A stretch of 57,203 bases of DNA, counting the filler, from Sphacelaria rigidula (lineage: Eukaryota), in NCBI GenBank assembly GCA_964200075.2. It is 3 parts of 3 records of this genome, joined end to end, with 100 filler letters (N's around TTAATTAATTAA, not from the genome) between each part and the next. Parts side by side here need not be neighbours in the genome. Positions count along the whole stretch, not along the records: positions 19,103 to 38,103 come from CAXNAA020000752.1; positions 38,204 to 57,203 come from CAXNAA020000753.1; 1 more part is not named here. The stretch is one strand, 5' to 3'. The stretch's first letter is position 1; each line of letters begins with the position of its first letter. Below the pieces are notes generated by a model. The model searched no databases and was not told the DNA's origin. It saw only the letters and a program-made list of their open reading frames with translations. The translations under genes were made by a program, and so were the position numbers. Below are positions 36,697-50,813 of the stretch, piece after piece.

Positions 36697-37518
36697 AACA
36701 CGGGATTTTACAAATTGGGGATGAGAACCCGGAGAATTAAAATCTTCATATCCACACCAAATCTTCGAAATATGGTTCCACTTCTTCACTTGCTGATAGC
36801 TATTGACAACAACTACACGCCATAAGAGTTTGGACTTCGATAACCGAAATATTGGGGTCTAAGGTAGAAAATCAATTTTGAACACGGAATCTTAGAAATT
36901 GGGGATGGATCTTTTGTTGGGAATGAGAAACCCGGAGTATTAAAATCTTCGTATCCACACCAAATCTTCGAAATATGGTTCCATTTTTTGACCTACTGAT
37001 AGCTGTTGACAACTGCTATGTGTCATTAAAATTTTGATTGCGATCACGAAAACATTGGGGTTCTAGCTGAAAAACCAATTTCGGAACCATTTTGGCGTCC
37101 GTTCGGACACCCGAAATTTCCTTAAATTGTTTTTTCACCTAGGACCCTAACATTTCGGTGATCGAATTCCAAATGTCTATGGCGTGTAGCAGTTGTCGGA
37201 AGCAATCAGTAGGTGAAGAATTAGAACCATATTTCGAAGATTTGATGTGGATACGAAGATTTTAATTCTTCGGGTTCATCATCCCCAATAAAAGATCCAT
37301 CCCCAAGTTGTAAGATTCCGTGTTTTTGGCGTCCGATCGGATCACCAAAATTCCCCCAAACCTGGTTCCATTTCTTCACCCGCTGGTGGCTATTGACAAT
37401 TACTACATGCCATACAATATTGGATTTCGAATTTATCTCGTATGGAGACGAAGATTTTAATTCTCCGGGTTCTCATCCCGAATGAAAAATCCAACCCCAA
37501 TTTTTAAAATCCCGTGTT
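36697..37518. mobile_element. Self-nested foldback MITE (AACACGG...CCGTGTT termini, ~200-bp arms)
   Basis: Outer copy 36697-37518. Inner copy 36881-37324 is an imperfect ~445-bp palindrome flanked by TTTG on both sides. Shared arm motif ATCCACACCAAATCTTCGAAATATGGTTC. Confidence 0.75.
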
Positions 37519-38103
37519 GGGAGCTTACCACTGAAGCCTTTGATGTTCCTGAGTAGGATATCGACGTGTAGCTGCACGCACACGCCAGTGTTACAGGCAA
37601 AGAAAACATACAGAGAATGTAAAATTGGTCACGTTAGCGCGAATGATGAAACCCATTCTCAATCAACGCTCTACTCCTCATCTCACGAAAACAGTGTTAT
37701 ATCTGGCAATAATACTCTGAACTCCTCATCCGCTCAGATTTTGTCCTATTCGACCACTGTAGATGGGAGTGGAATAGGAACCGTCCTGTGTTAATGAAAC
37801 GCGGAATATCGTGCACATGCTGCCTTGATATGCACACAACTTTAACAAACTTCCCTCAAAAGTTATATTTCATGAATCCCGAAATATACATGTACCGAAC
37901 CACAGCCCTTACGACCATATATACATCGATATCCTACTCAGGGACATCAGAGGCTTCAGAGACAAGCTACTACAGGAAGCGTATTATACGGCCTCGGTTC
38001 AAGCCAGGAGAGGCACTTAGGAAGTGAAACTGTTTTGGGGGATACTTGACCATTTAACAGGGTTGCCAGAAAAATGAGAACGTATTTTGAAATGAGAATC
38101 AAC

Positions 38104-38203
38104 NNNNNNNNNNNNNNNNNNNNNNNNNNNNNNNNNNNNNNNNNNNNTTAATTAATTAANNNNNNNNNNNNNNNNNNNNNNNNNNNNNNNNNNNNNNNNN
38201 NNN
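38104..38203. other. Artificial assembly linker (44 N + TTAATTAATTAA + 44 N)
   Basis: Identical structure to 19003-19102; the 12-mer is at 38148-38159. Confidence 0.95.
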
Positions 38204-38482
38204 AACTAAGAATCACAACGTTCCATCTTGCGGCCTCTCGAGGGACAGCGATAAGCACAAGCATACCAGGTGTACTAATAGTACCATTTCTGTATCAGCG
38301 AGCTTCTGTCTTGTTTTGTTTTTTATTTGAGACCTGGGACGGGCAAATCACTCATCCATCACTGGGGGTGTACCCTCCGACTATGACGGACAAGACGCTA
38401 GGCTGTTTCTCACGCTTCCCCAAGAGACATGGACGATGGAAGTACCAAGCCGTATTACCGCCATGGCAAATGTTCACCTCGA

Positions 38483-38591
38483 TTAAACCCTTGGACCGCG
38501 ATGCTGGTGGTCCGTCAGGATCACAATACTGTTTTCTTGTGAAACTGATGCAGATTCGGCAGGTGACCTACCGTCGCGGTCAAAGAGTTGA
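38483..38591. mobile_element. piggyBac-like ~110-bp MITE, copy 2
   Basis: TTAAACCCTTGGACCGCG ... CGCGGTCAAAGAGTTGA; internal TGATGC..ATTC.GCAGGTG.CCTACC shared with copy 1. Confidence 0.55.
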
Positions 38592-38753
38592 TCCCACAAC
38601 GTTGTTCCCCGTAATGGGCTGAGGAGGTCGAGTGGGGTGGATTGTCGCCTGACTATATGCGTTACCGTAGGAGGTACATAAACATATCATGACATTGGGA
38701 ATCTTGTGCTTAGGTGCCTCGAAACGGCCGGGGAAAACTGACAGAACATTCAG

Positions 38754-38997
38754 CTAAGCACCACATGCCGCGAGATCACTTGTAGCGGTCACCTGAACCT
38801 CCGCGCCGTGTTGCTCCTCCATGGCATCGGGAGAAGGGGGAGATGTAGCAGGGCTAGTTGCGGCTGTGGAGATGGAGGCCTCGACTTCGATGCTCAACTC
38901 GTCCTCCTCACGTTCTTCCTGGATAGTCTCGAGGACTTTTGTTGTGTCCGTGAAGACAATGACTCGTCTTCTTACGACCTTTAGCAGCAGCAGCAGC

Positions 38998-39028
<31 letters not shown>

Positions 39029-41790
39029 GCATCGCATATAGAGAATGAATGGTTCAAAATAATATACGGTGGGATTTCTAGCATAGTGCGGTGGATGTCC
39101 AGCTCCACATGACCGCACTACACCGGGACCAAGACTTATGCTTGTATAGTACAATCATTGGCAGTTGTAGTTGGACTTCTGACAAGTGGTTTAATCTGCG
39201 ATGTGGTGGGATCCCACTGTAAGCAAAGCGTTAGACGTCCCAAGTGGGAAAAGACGAGAACGCGCTTAAACTTCTCGTGTCTGCGACTGGCGTCTATCTG
39301 TGCTCGTCACTGGTATCAACAGCATAGCATCCTTTCTGTCATCTTCTGACACACGCACATAAAAGAGGTGCATGGCACATATACGGATAGCGAAGCGTAC
39401 ATCGCAACGGAGGAGGAAGATTCGAAGAATCGCGTGCGGTTCATCACTCTGGATAAAGACCGATCGTAGCCTTCCGTCCGGTCGGATCGTCCCTCGTATT
39501 GTTCCAAGATGCGTCTAGTGCTTGCTTCGTAAATGACTAGAAACTACCTTCAGTGCTTGTAAACGGACATCGGAGACACTGCTTCTCCAAGGTAGAGTTG
39601 TCTATCCTTTACGGGGTGCCGTCTACCGCAGAATGGATTTTATCGCGACGAAAAAACAGGCTGAACAGAGCGTAACCTCGTTCAGTTATCGGCCGATAGA
39701 GTCATATTTGCCGGTGCTATTTTGCGGGCGGTCGAGATCTACAAAAGTCATTGGACTGCGGAAGCGCTGATGTAATGTTCGATGGCAAAGTGTGAAGGAC
39801 GCATCGCGACAGAGATGACCCAACTATCTTGATACTACTGCTGCAGGAGGCGGGGGAGGGGGTTAGAGGACGACAAACGATGAAACTTTTCCCGTTCCGC
39901 ATATGTAGGCAAGGTGTCCCATTTGCCCACCTGCTAGTAGTACGGCTGGAAGATGTCTTGGTGTCAGTTGATTCGGTGTTGAGGCTTGGTTGACGTTCTC
40001 AATTGTGTTTGTTTTTTGTCCCCATGTATCTTTATCCGCTTGAGGAGGAAGTTAAACGTGCGTCAAATATCTGTGAAACACGTCTCCTGATTCACCGACA
40101 CCAAACCACCGTAGTGGTTCATGCGGATGGTACATGTTTGGTGAGTAAACCTGGAAAACAGCGTACGTAGTGATAAGCAGCAGTATGGTTGTTCAGTTAA
40201 TGGTTTCTGGCATCAGCTGCCCCCGTAGAGATAAATGGGCACTCGATAGTTTCGCTCGCATGACGTTTCACAGCTCTGTTTTAGCACTCTGATCCTCAAG
40301 ACTTGGGGAGCAAACACTCCACGCCACGGAGATTGCAACCGCTGAATTGCGGTGTGGTCCCTTCAAGAGGTGCGACATGAGCTTATACTATCTTCAGAGG
40401 AGAATGTCTTCCCTATGGCATAGCAACCCCGCTGCCTCAGTATTGCAAGTTGAAGCAGTAGCACCAGAAGCGGTAATAAGAACAACACCGACTTTCTAAG
40501 ATACGCAAAAAAAAGAGAATTCAAGAAAGATAAGGCACTTGCACGTGGGGTTCACCACCTGGAAATTACGCGCCACAAAGCAACCATCCATTTAGTTCGA
40601 TCGATATCCGTCGTGGACCCTGCAGTTCTGGTGAAGAGGGAGAGTGAGTGTGCGCGTGCAGTACTCGAAATGAATGTGTGTGCCTGATGACGGAGGCGCG
40701 TCACTAGTATAGTCGCCGTGTGTAAAATTGACACATGAATATTGAATTGGCCCTTCACGAGATCAGAAGGAAACTAGCAGTACAGCCACACACTTTTGTG
40801 AACCTCTTGACCATGCGAGTTGATTTGAATCGTGACGGCAGTGTCATTTGCAAAATGGATTGAGCGACACAATGCTTGCATCACCACACATGGATTCGCT
40901 GGAATACGAATACGAACGACTGTTTCGCAGGCGAAGGGGTAAAAATATCTTGCAACACCCAGACCTAAGGTATATAAAAAAATATCATCAGCCTGTGCCG
41001 CCGCGGATGATCTCCTTTCTCGATTTTACCCCTCCAGCATGATCTAATCCATACAACCACCAAATTTCACGGTTGAAAAATAGTTCGTTTCAGTATCGAT
41101 TATCAGCTTCGGATTTTTCAAGCGGTTGACAGTTCCAATAGCTCTACACCGTTTGTGCTCTAACAACGTGAACTTTGTCCAGGGCAGGCACCTTGTACCC
41201 ACCCCATGCCCGAGAGTTCTCGTTATGTCTCGGGGTGGGGTTTGGCTTGAGCTTCGGTCCAGCTGTAGAGTTTGACAAATGCAACCATGTGTCAACCATA
41301 GATTTTGGCGACGGTTGCGTTAAGCGTACCTCTAAACCTTTTCTTCGTATACCACCGCTGCCGCTGCCGCTGCCGCTACCGCTAGCAGTCCTCTCCGTCA
41401 TCTTGTTCGCCTCGGTTTTCACTCCACCGGACGTGGCACCGTCGGCCAAGCAGCACCCAATCAACATGTCACTCCTGAATGGAGTAAAACAAACGGTAAG
41501 ATAAAACACTCCATGTGTGCATGCAAGAACAACATCGAGTAGCGTGTTGATCAAGTAAGTAAGCATGCGCCCAAATTTCGTTGCTAGAGAAAGGAGCAGG
41601 GGCGGGGTGGTGAAGCATAGGAGGAGTTCCAGGTGGATACATGCATATCCGTGGGCATACGTGTCGAGGGATACGCTATAATATTTTGCACCATGCCCTT
41701 CGAGACCGAGGGAAACGCCGCCCGCCTTGACTTCTTCCAGACTACAAGCACGGCGTGCCGCCTGCATCGGAGACGTTGACCTCAGGGAGT
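38754..41790 (-). CDS. Possible spliced hypothetical (orphan) gene
   Basis: Exon-like open stretches: ~41770-41690 (MQAARRACSLEEVKAGG), ~41475-41190 (GATSGGVKTEANKMTERTASGSGSG...), ~39515-39400 (EQYEGRSDRTEGYDRSLSRVMNR), and a terminal exon from the AAG|GTC acceptor at ~38981 to TAG at 38754 (VIVFTDTTKVLETIQEEREEDEL). No recognisable domain; exon chain not verified. Confidence 0.3.
38983..39030. repeat. Compound (CAG)n(CAA)n microsatellite
   Basis: AGCAGCAGCAGCAGC followed by about ten AAC units. Confidence 0.9.
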
Positions 41791-44700
41791 TATTTTCCGT
41801 GTGGTGTGCTTGATTGATGAGAGTACGTGAAATTATAAGCAAAAGCAAGCAGCCTTAGCATGGAATTCAAGCATTATTTCGAGTAAAAACTGCGGTGCGC
41901 CCATACCAGCATTCGACCCCCTGGGCGTGTGAGTGGATGATGACACATTCTACTTGAAGGGAGAGCAGGGGATTCACGGGCGTTGTCCCTTGGCCCCTCA
42001 TACGGGAGGATGAAAATGCCTCGTCTTTTGCAATGGATTCCACCGGCTATGTCCCGTAGGTTTCAGCAGGAGGCGGGACGAATCCCAAAGAGATGGGATG
42101 CATGGTTTCGCTCCCTGAACGAACATTAGAAACACACTCGCCGTACCTGCCAATTCCAGCCTTTTTAGGATCACTTTTATCTATAGGGCAAAAAGAAAAG
42201 CGGAGCACTACACGAAAACATTGCCCTGATGAAAACGCCACGACTCAACCCTCATAAGTGGCTGTAACATATTCTACGGTGGTAAGTGGTACGGCGGTAG
42301 ATACGTGTTTCCAAACGCGACCAAGGTATCACAGCAACCCCAGTCACCGTTTGCCGAACGAAAAACCTCGCGAAGGTCTACCTCTTCTAGCCTACAAGGA
42401 TCCAGATAGCCCTTTGACCATCAGCTTCAATTTGAGACAACATGGTAGGCTAACGGTCCAGGACTTTCTAGGGGTGGTAAGGCTCTCTATCGTGGTGTGT
42501 GGGGGGGGGTTTCCAAACCTCTGGAGAAACCTTCTCGAGCTAATCATGCGTTTTACAGAAAAATTCGAAGGCGGTCAATATAGTTAAACGATTTTGATGA
42601 ACCATTTTGATCGCTGTCATGGGTCGAATGGTCTATTATGGTTCATGGCGAATACCCGAAATTCATTCCCACTGGATACAAAACGCAAAATCGACCCTAT
42701 GGAAACATATATCAAATCGGAGTGACCCCCACGAGTAAGCGAACAGTGTGACATGGCCGTGCTATTTTCTTGCGTCTTTCGCCGTGGCGGGATAGTGAAA
42801 CTCTGTCTCGGCCAATCAGGGCCTTCATACTGTTCTGAAATTCAAAAGCGAATTCCCGACACACTTTGTACCTCATCTCATCAAAAATACTATTTAGTGA
42901 CCATGATGAGCTAGGAAATCTAAGGCAAAAAATATATTTGAAAACGATTTGCGTGGGGTCGAGAAATACCCCCAAACGTGGTATTTCGATTATGTGGGGT
43001 TTGGGCCTTGTCGGATTCCCACTGTTGAAGAAAATATGCACCGAAAACCCGGAAAGCCTCTTGATGTTTTCCCTTGTAACGTTCAAAAAAAATCCCAATC
43101 ATCCACAGTTTGGCAGTCTGGTTAATATTATGGGTGCTACGAATGGGAAGCAAATCGTTGAAGAATATTTTCGAATCCCTTCCGCTCTCTAGCGGCTTCC
43201 GCAGGTTCCAGCGTGAAGACTTCCGGAAGCCGGTGCAGATTGCTTCAAAATTAAGGGAAAAAACATTTTGTTTTTCAATCCCAGCCTAGTCCAAGGAACG
43301 TTTATACCGATTTTCGGCGCGTAGCTCGCAAAGATGATCCCACAAGGTCGATCTAAGTTCGAGCGTTCAAGGAAAACGTCTGCAGCATACTATATTCAGG
43401 TGACTATGGGAGTTCCGCGTACATTGGTATACCTCGACGCACATATGAGTAATTCTTCACGCCGTTTTTCGAGTCAGTCCGTGAAATTTTGCAAAAACGG
43501 CGTAGAGGACTGCCGGGCAGTAGGTTCTTGTCGTTTACACTGATCCAGCCTGTATCGACCAGTTCGCCCTTTTGGTACTGGCAATGGAAAAGCGTGAATT
43601 TCGAGGTGGGGTTTTCGATCCATATATTGTTGAGTTTTTGCAGCTCTCAGGCAAACCTATAGCCCGAGACGTGTTCATCAGATCAGTATAAAAACGTGCC
43701 CCAATGCAGCACGGGACTCATTATAATATAGAGAACAGACGGGTGGTGCCGATTTTTGTTTGTATAGACTTTAGACACGCAAGTAAGTGCTGATTTTGGC
43801 TGAGTGCACAATCTCGAACAAACTTGACCCGTTGCGTCCCTCACTGGGCAATTCTAATCCGACCTCATCAGGGGGAACATTTCGGTGCGCACATGACGTA
43901 TGCTGGTGTATTCTTCTGAGGCCGGCCGCCGTGAATATGGCTGCCGTCGGTCTCTCCTGTTTTCGTCTCTTCTTCTTTCCCACGGCTTGAAATAATGGAA
44001 CGTCTGGCCCGGGGACGGAAGGGGAGGATTCCCAAGGGGTTAACGACTAAACTGTACAAGGCTAAATCTGCAGCGACCACTCGATTATATTAGCACACGA
44101 CAAAATGGGAATACCCGTTTCGTTTTCGCAGCGTTTACGACCTGTCTCACCTTTCTTGTATTGCCAAGGGTTTGAGACATTCAAAATCAACGTACCGATG
44201 GCACGGCATGACAACCGTTGCTACGAAGGCCAGACCCATTGTGCCATTTTTCATGCTTATACCGCCGTAGCGTGTTTTTGTGCCCTTGCAAATCTCCACC
44301 CCAAATTTCAAAGCACAACTTACAATCCGGGCTGCACACTCCAGATTTACAGGTTGGACAAGCCTGGAAACGAAGCTGTTTGTTATAGGCCAATCAGCGG
44401 CTCAGTCTTGGGAGTTATGCTTTGAAATTATATATGGAGAATTGAAAGGGCATTATACAACCAAAAACTAAGAGGGCGCGAAGATACTCCTCTCCATGAA
44501 TTACGGACATTTTTTGTGGATAATGGGATGGCTCTCAAGACCGAGCTGCCAAATTGTGATTGAATGAGCTACTTCGTACCGCGCAGATATCGGAACGGCT
44601 TTTAATGTGAAGACAACAACAACAACAACAACAACTTCGTAATGGTTTAAGGCAAAAACAAAATCTGTTTTCCCATGAATGCCCTCAACTCAGAAAAACG

Positions 44701-47700
44701 CTCAATGTGCCGAACGTTTTTTTCTTTTGCTCTTGCAATACTCCAAACCAAATGTCAAAGCCCACCTCTCAAAAACTGAGGCGCCAGGTTCAGCGCATTT
44801 CGTGCCTTTCCTTGTGATGTCTCAAGTTCAGTATGTAAACATGAAAGCACCATGTATATTGATCGATGAAAAAGTAGTTCAAGGTGAGGATATCGATCAC
44901 TACCCCTGTGCCTCCCCGACTGTTTGCACCAAAAATCAGTGTTATCCGCTGTATACGTCTTGCGGGATTCGTTACAGGATTTACTCGATATGGCGCTTCA
45001 TTGACGAGAGAGTGTTCGACCGAGCTGCTGAGTTGATGAGCATCTGCCCCTTAATTAGACGATTAATCATATGTTCGGATCACGGCCCAATTCGTCTGCT
45101 TCGATGAGATATGGCTCTGACAGCATATATCCACTTGAAAGCTGGCCCAGCTCGCACGAGCCGCTGATTGTTGCACGGCATAGTTATGCGATATAGACAC
45201 AACGCAAAATCTGTACGACTAACGGGCGCTCAGATCTCATCATTCGTACCCCTCTTAAACAAATCAGGAGACAGTGCAAGTTACACGTGGAGTACAGCGA
45301 TGCTTCGCACGCGTACCGCACAGAGGTGTGGCATGCCTTGCCACTATCCCGGGTGAACTACAACAACAAGTATGTGGCTTCAAAGAACAACCGCGAGTCC
45401 GCGTCCATTCTCTATGCACCGTATCTACATAGTCGTGCGTGATCAAAGACGTATGTGGAAACTGGAATTTTTTCTTGGTAGTACCGGGTTAGAGGTGGAT
45501 TCATCCCTTGAGACTGCAAGTTCGTCTCGAGGAGGGGCGGGAGGGGTTGGGAGTGTGCCGAAAATAGGGGGTGCCTGCCGCATCGATCAAACTGTATACC
45601 GAGTATATTTTCGCCACCATCACCAGAACACCAGCATGTCTTGTGCTCTGTCTTGTGCTACCCACCAGAGGACTACTTCACTAACGATCCCATCCAAGAT
45701 GGTCGTGCTTGAATTGGCCTGTGCTACGGCGCATGCATCAGCACTGACTGCCTCAAAGAGTTCAGCACGACAGTTGGGCGATAAGGCTGTACAGACGGCG
45801 CGAGCAACTGCTCGCGCACGTTCACGATGCTTCTGAGCCTTGGGATTGATAGTACACCACGTGCAGAATGGTAACAGAGCATACCACAACTGTCGCGCTG
45901 GTAGGACAGATATGCTGGGTACGGTGTATGTGCACCATCCGCTTCACATTTGTATATATTGTAATGTTTAATTCACGGCAGAAAACAGCGCCGTTAGGCA
46001 TGATACCTGAACGTTCAGTGCAGTGGAAATGAGAGGAAGAAACGGTCGATCTCCCTCGTGAAACACGTGCTTGGAATGATGCCGCATGCATGAATAGTGT
46101 TGGCTCTGCACGCGCGCACCCGTAGAAGTATTTCATTTACACATGTTTACCCCGGTACGGCATCAGCTAGTGAGTTTCATGCACCTACCGTTCCAGTAGC
46201 TCTGTAGGAGATGGTCAACGGGAGCGATCACGGTGGAAGGTGCTCTTGTTGCGTTCCAGCTCAAAACCCCAAACAGGGTACGCTGTACATGAAGAAACAC
46301 GACTTGACCGACTGACCTCGAACTGTGCTGATGTAGCTGTGTACTAGAGTACATGTACGCACACCCTCACAAGAATGACTTGGTTGTTTTCGAAAAATAC
46401 GCACTTGCAACAAGAACAGAGTCAACATGAGCCCGTCGCCGGATTTTGTTGTCGGAGATTGCTTTGTATTCCCTGTGCTTCTAACGTGGACTAAGATTCG
46501 AATATTTCGGGGATGATGGTCGCGGGACGGATTCTTTCGTTCAAAGACTACTAGATGAAATGAACAGTCGAACTTCGGTGGGCCGGTCTGTCGCACGCGA
46601 CCTGATTTCTCTTGTGCCGTGTACAACCGGAATAGTAGTGCACTTTGCGGTGTAGCGGGCGAATGATCAGCACAATCGGAGCATGATCATGGTTTCGTCT
46701 TCATTGTCACAGCTACGCCGCCCGTGGCTTTGGGCGGTGGCTTTGAATAGACGCGCGACATTGTTGTAGTACTGCCGTATCTTGAAAAATATTGTCTTGT
46801 ATACGCAACTCAGGGACACATGTAACCTGAACAACGCAATAAAAGGAGGTACGTTCACCCTGAACCCATGGTCGACACATGGTGCTTCTTGTTGAACCCT
46901 CAACTGTAGCCCCAGCAACTTAACCGCAAACCTAAAATTTATCCCAACAAAATGCTTACCGAGAATTATCTGGCAAGGGTGTACAAAGGAAGGGCCATAG
47001 GAGTTGACTTGAGCAAAAACGCGCCCGGCGTACGCTGGGGACAGCCAGCCCCTAGAAATACACAGTATTCGATGCTATGGGCTACAGTGAAACCATGACA
47101 TCTAACCATGAAATTTTGCGACGGGTTCGTGTTAACTCTATTGGTACAGAGTGTCCTTAGCTTCACCTCTCTTCAAACAGTCATGCCACCCCAGCTATAC
47201 TGCACAACAGCGACCTCTCCGTTTTTGCCATGGGCAATGCGGGGGTAGACTTGGCCGTGGATTACCGTAGATGCTCTTTACGTCACTGGGGGTGGAGTGG
47301 GCGTCTAGCGATCGATTTCGGCTACAAAAACATCGATCGATGTCAAGATCTGAGTCCCACATCTTTGGTCAGTGGTCAACTTTATTGAGGCGGTTCGTCA
47401 TTGGCGCTACTGCCATACAAACACACGGTATTATCACATACATGCGACGGGTGGGATTCCGTTCGCCCGGTTGTTCTCGCCCTGATTATACGCAGTCAAG
47501 CGGGGACTGTGGAGCTCAGGGAATCTACACTCACCGAGTGTTGCAGGACTAACGTATGTGTTTGAAAATATTCGAAGAAGACATGCCCTGGCTCTATAAT
47601 TATGGTCGTATGTACCGCTCACCAGTCGCTGAGCGCAGCCACCATAGCTCTCAGATCGAAGTACATCTTGTCGACGTGTGGAGTCTGAGCACCGATATCC

Positions 47701-48871
47701 CGCCGCGGTTGTTTCTCAGTGTGGTTGAAGGATGTGAAACCACAGACAGCCTGTGTAAAGTGTGTGTCTATGATCGGTCAGTGCTACTGTTGTGATGTTG
47801 TCAATTGTGTGTCGCGTTATATTTGTCACCGGTGGTGTGTGATGTGATTACGGACACTATAATGCAGGCCGTGCAGCCGACCAAACAAGCAAAACAGGCT
47901 GAGCCAATCTAATGGCAGGGATCCTTGCAAAGTTGATAATATTTGGGCGTCCCAAACGATATATATTTGGCCGAAACTTTGCGAAACGGCATTTATTCAT
48001 CCGAATTTTGTTTTGTTCAACTCCACAATAATATGCTGCGTAAATTGTGAAGAGTATGAAGTATACAGTACAGCAACACCAGCAGCAGCAACACCCGAAT
48101 TTTTTATCTAGGGCTTCCACCCACTCCGAATATGAGTAAAAAAGACGGTAGACCGAGTTCGGTAGGTCGTTCGGCACAATGGGCCACGCTCCGTGAGGCG
48201 TTCGTATCAGCTGTTACCACTTCTAAGGGCGGCGGTTACAGAGCTGCTGCTGGTACGGGATTCAAAGGCTTCCAGCTGTATCACAGGTGTTTCGGTCACT
48301 TCTTTGGTGTGTGTGTGCGTGTGTCGATCTCTTCATGCTTAGTCAGCGCTGTGTCAGCAGGGATCTTGTGTACCAGGTGTTCGTGTTTGGTTCTTGCATA
48401 CAACTGTAGTGTAGCAGAAGACGGTTACAGAGGTGACGGGGTATAACACCCCTCGCGATTTGTTTTTCTAAAGGACAAGATTCAACGAGATTTGACATAG
48501 TTTCAGGAGCGCAGGAATTTTATTAGTAGTCGAGACAATCAAGCTAAGATGTCCCATCAGCCGTGGCGGGTGTTTCACTCCTCGTCCTACGGTAGTACAG
48601 TACAAGTCGCAGTGATAGGAATGTGTTTTGCGCTCAGCAGACTCAGTACAGCAATCGGTTGTCGATCTCCTGCAGCTTCCTGCACGGTGCAGTAAATATG
48701 AAAGATGTCCCATGTAGCAGCATCGCGAAGTACATTTTCTTGCATAAAGTACACAACGTTCGTACTCCCACTACAGCAACATCTTGAGTCTCTGACCGCA
48801 CTTGGTAGCGCGCTAGGTACCATCAGCCATCAGCACAATGACCGGTTTGTCACCATCTTCCTCAAATCAGC

Positions 48872-48918
<47 letters not shown>

Positions 48919-50813
48919 AAACGCCCCAGGGGACGAGGGGGGGCGAGGACGCGGGCGATAGCTGAAAGNNNNNNNNNNCCGCTTTTCCCCCCCCTCCCCC
49001 AACCCCCCCCCCCCCCCCCCCCCCCCCCCAAACCCGCGTCAATATCGAAGGCAAGAAGCTGTGTGGCATCCGAGAGTACGATATCACTTCGAAAATTTCC
49101 AGCGGGAATCATCTGGCACCGGTTCTCCTACAGACCATCTCATCAAGTCCGCGGCAGTATGCTGGGTGAATAGGTGAGCATTGTATCTAGGCTGTTTTTT
49201 GCCAACGAGTCAAGTTCTGGCGGTGTGTTTGGCTCTGGAGAATTTCGACGTGCGGAAAACTTTCATACTCCATCACTGGCGGCGACATGTGGTGCTGTAG
49301 TCCACATCTCACACAACAAACAAAACAGAGCCCTTCGACGGTGAGAAAGCGCTGAATAGATGGAGGCACGGCGGAGCAAGTAGTTGGCTCAACACACACA
49401 TTCATCGTCTTTCAATCTACAGAAACCGGGGACATTTTGTTTGAAAAACCCCGCCTATATTTCCCGTTTGCGGCGGGAAACATGAGCATCACGATTCATT
49501 TACGCCTTTCCCCCGCAGAGTCGAAAAAAATGGAAACTATTTAGGACCCTGATAGATTCAGACAACACCTTCTCGGCGCCATACGACTTCGAGAGCACAC
49601 GGTTTGCTTGGATTGCCTCCTTATCCATACTGCCCCGCAAAGCGGTACGCGTTGGCGACATGGCTTCCCGGGAGCTGAGAAATATGTTTCAAAGTGCTGC
49701 TGTTTTCAATGTGCAACAGACACCGTTATTCAGTTACCACCTTAAGACTACTTGAAGGAATGGAATCGCCTAGGAAACCTGCAACTAGTGTCTCGTCAGT
49801 TGTGCAGAATACATGTGACCGCGAGTTTAATAGCAAAAAGAGTAATGGAGGGGTGATCCCTTACGAGTAACCCGCATCATCGCACGACAAATAAAGTGAA
49901 GAGTGTGATCTCGCTTGCGACAGGTCGTATCGGGTAGAAGTGACATTGGGATGGGGGGGCTGGCATTGGGATGGGGGGGCGCCTGCGTTATTTCAGTGCG
50001 TTGTGCAGCGAATGCCGAGGTCAGCACCACAAAAACATTCAAACGTCTGCGCCGTTACTTGATGGCATTTTTAAATACGGAGGCATGACCCACCACGCCC
50101 ACCCCTCTCGGGGAGGAGTCTACGGTATCAACGAGTCTACCCATCTTGCCCATGTGCTATACTTCTGGCCTCTCACTTGTATTGTCGAGACTTGCGCCAA
50201 CGCTCCCGCACCTTTGTCGGCTTACTTTCACTGAAAAGTAGAAAATGTAGGCCGAGAAAAATTGTAAAGAGGAGGCATCTACATGAGCTTTATGTTTCTA
50301 ACAAGAATCACATCGAACAAGATTCGCGTCGAATAAGGAGAACAAACAGGGCCAGATTATCGTATTCACCGTGGATTGAGTACTCATTCTCTCACGGGGA
50401 AGAGAATGTACCTATTGCACAACCGGGGGTGATGACATAGCGGGCACATATTAGAAACAGCAAACACCCGTCAAAACCTGTAATTCTGAGACCGTTGTGG
50501 TTCAGCGAGCGACTCCGTTTGTTTACCTCAGGTGCTGTACGCCTTCGTGTGACCACGACTAGATTCTTAGCCGATCAGTTGAAGAAAGGACAACCGATAA
50601 ACGAGATATTACGACGCGAGTCATACTCTATGCCCGTCATCTATGGTGTGTACTGGAATGTTCAGTACAGCCAGCATGTACTCAACAGATAGCGAATAAA
50701 GTCTGGCCTGACTGACTTCTCGGCACTTGGCGCACGATGTCTGTTTGCATTGCGCACTTCGCAGCTATTTATCAACTTCACACACCTGCGCAAGGGATGC
50801 TTCATCTACCATA

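Noticed and set aside
48872..49028. Poly-Pro/poly-Gly ORFs and G-quadruplex-like C runs (also 18916-19000)
   Set aside because: Homopolymer runs adjoining N gaps (48969-48978, 19003), probably low-quality contig ends.
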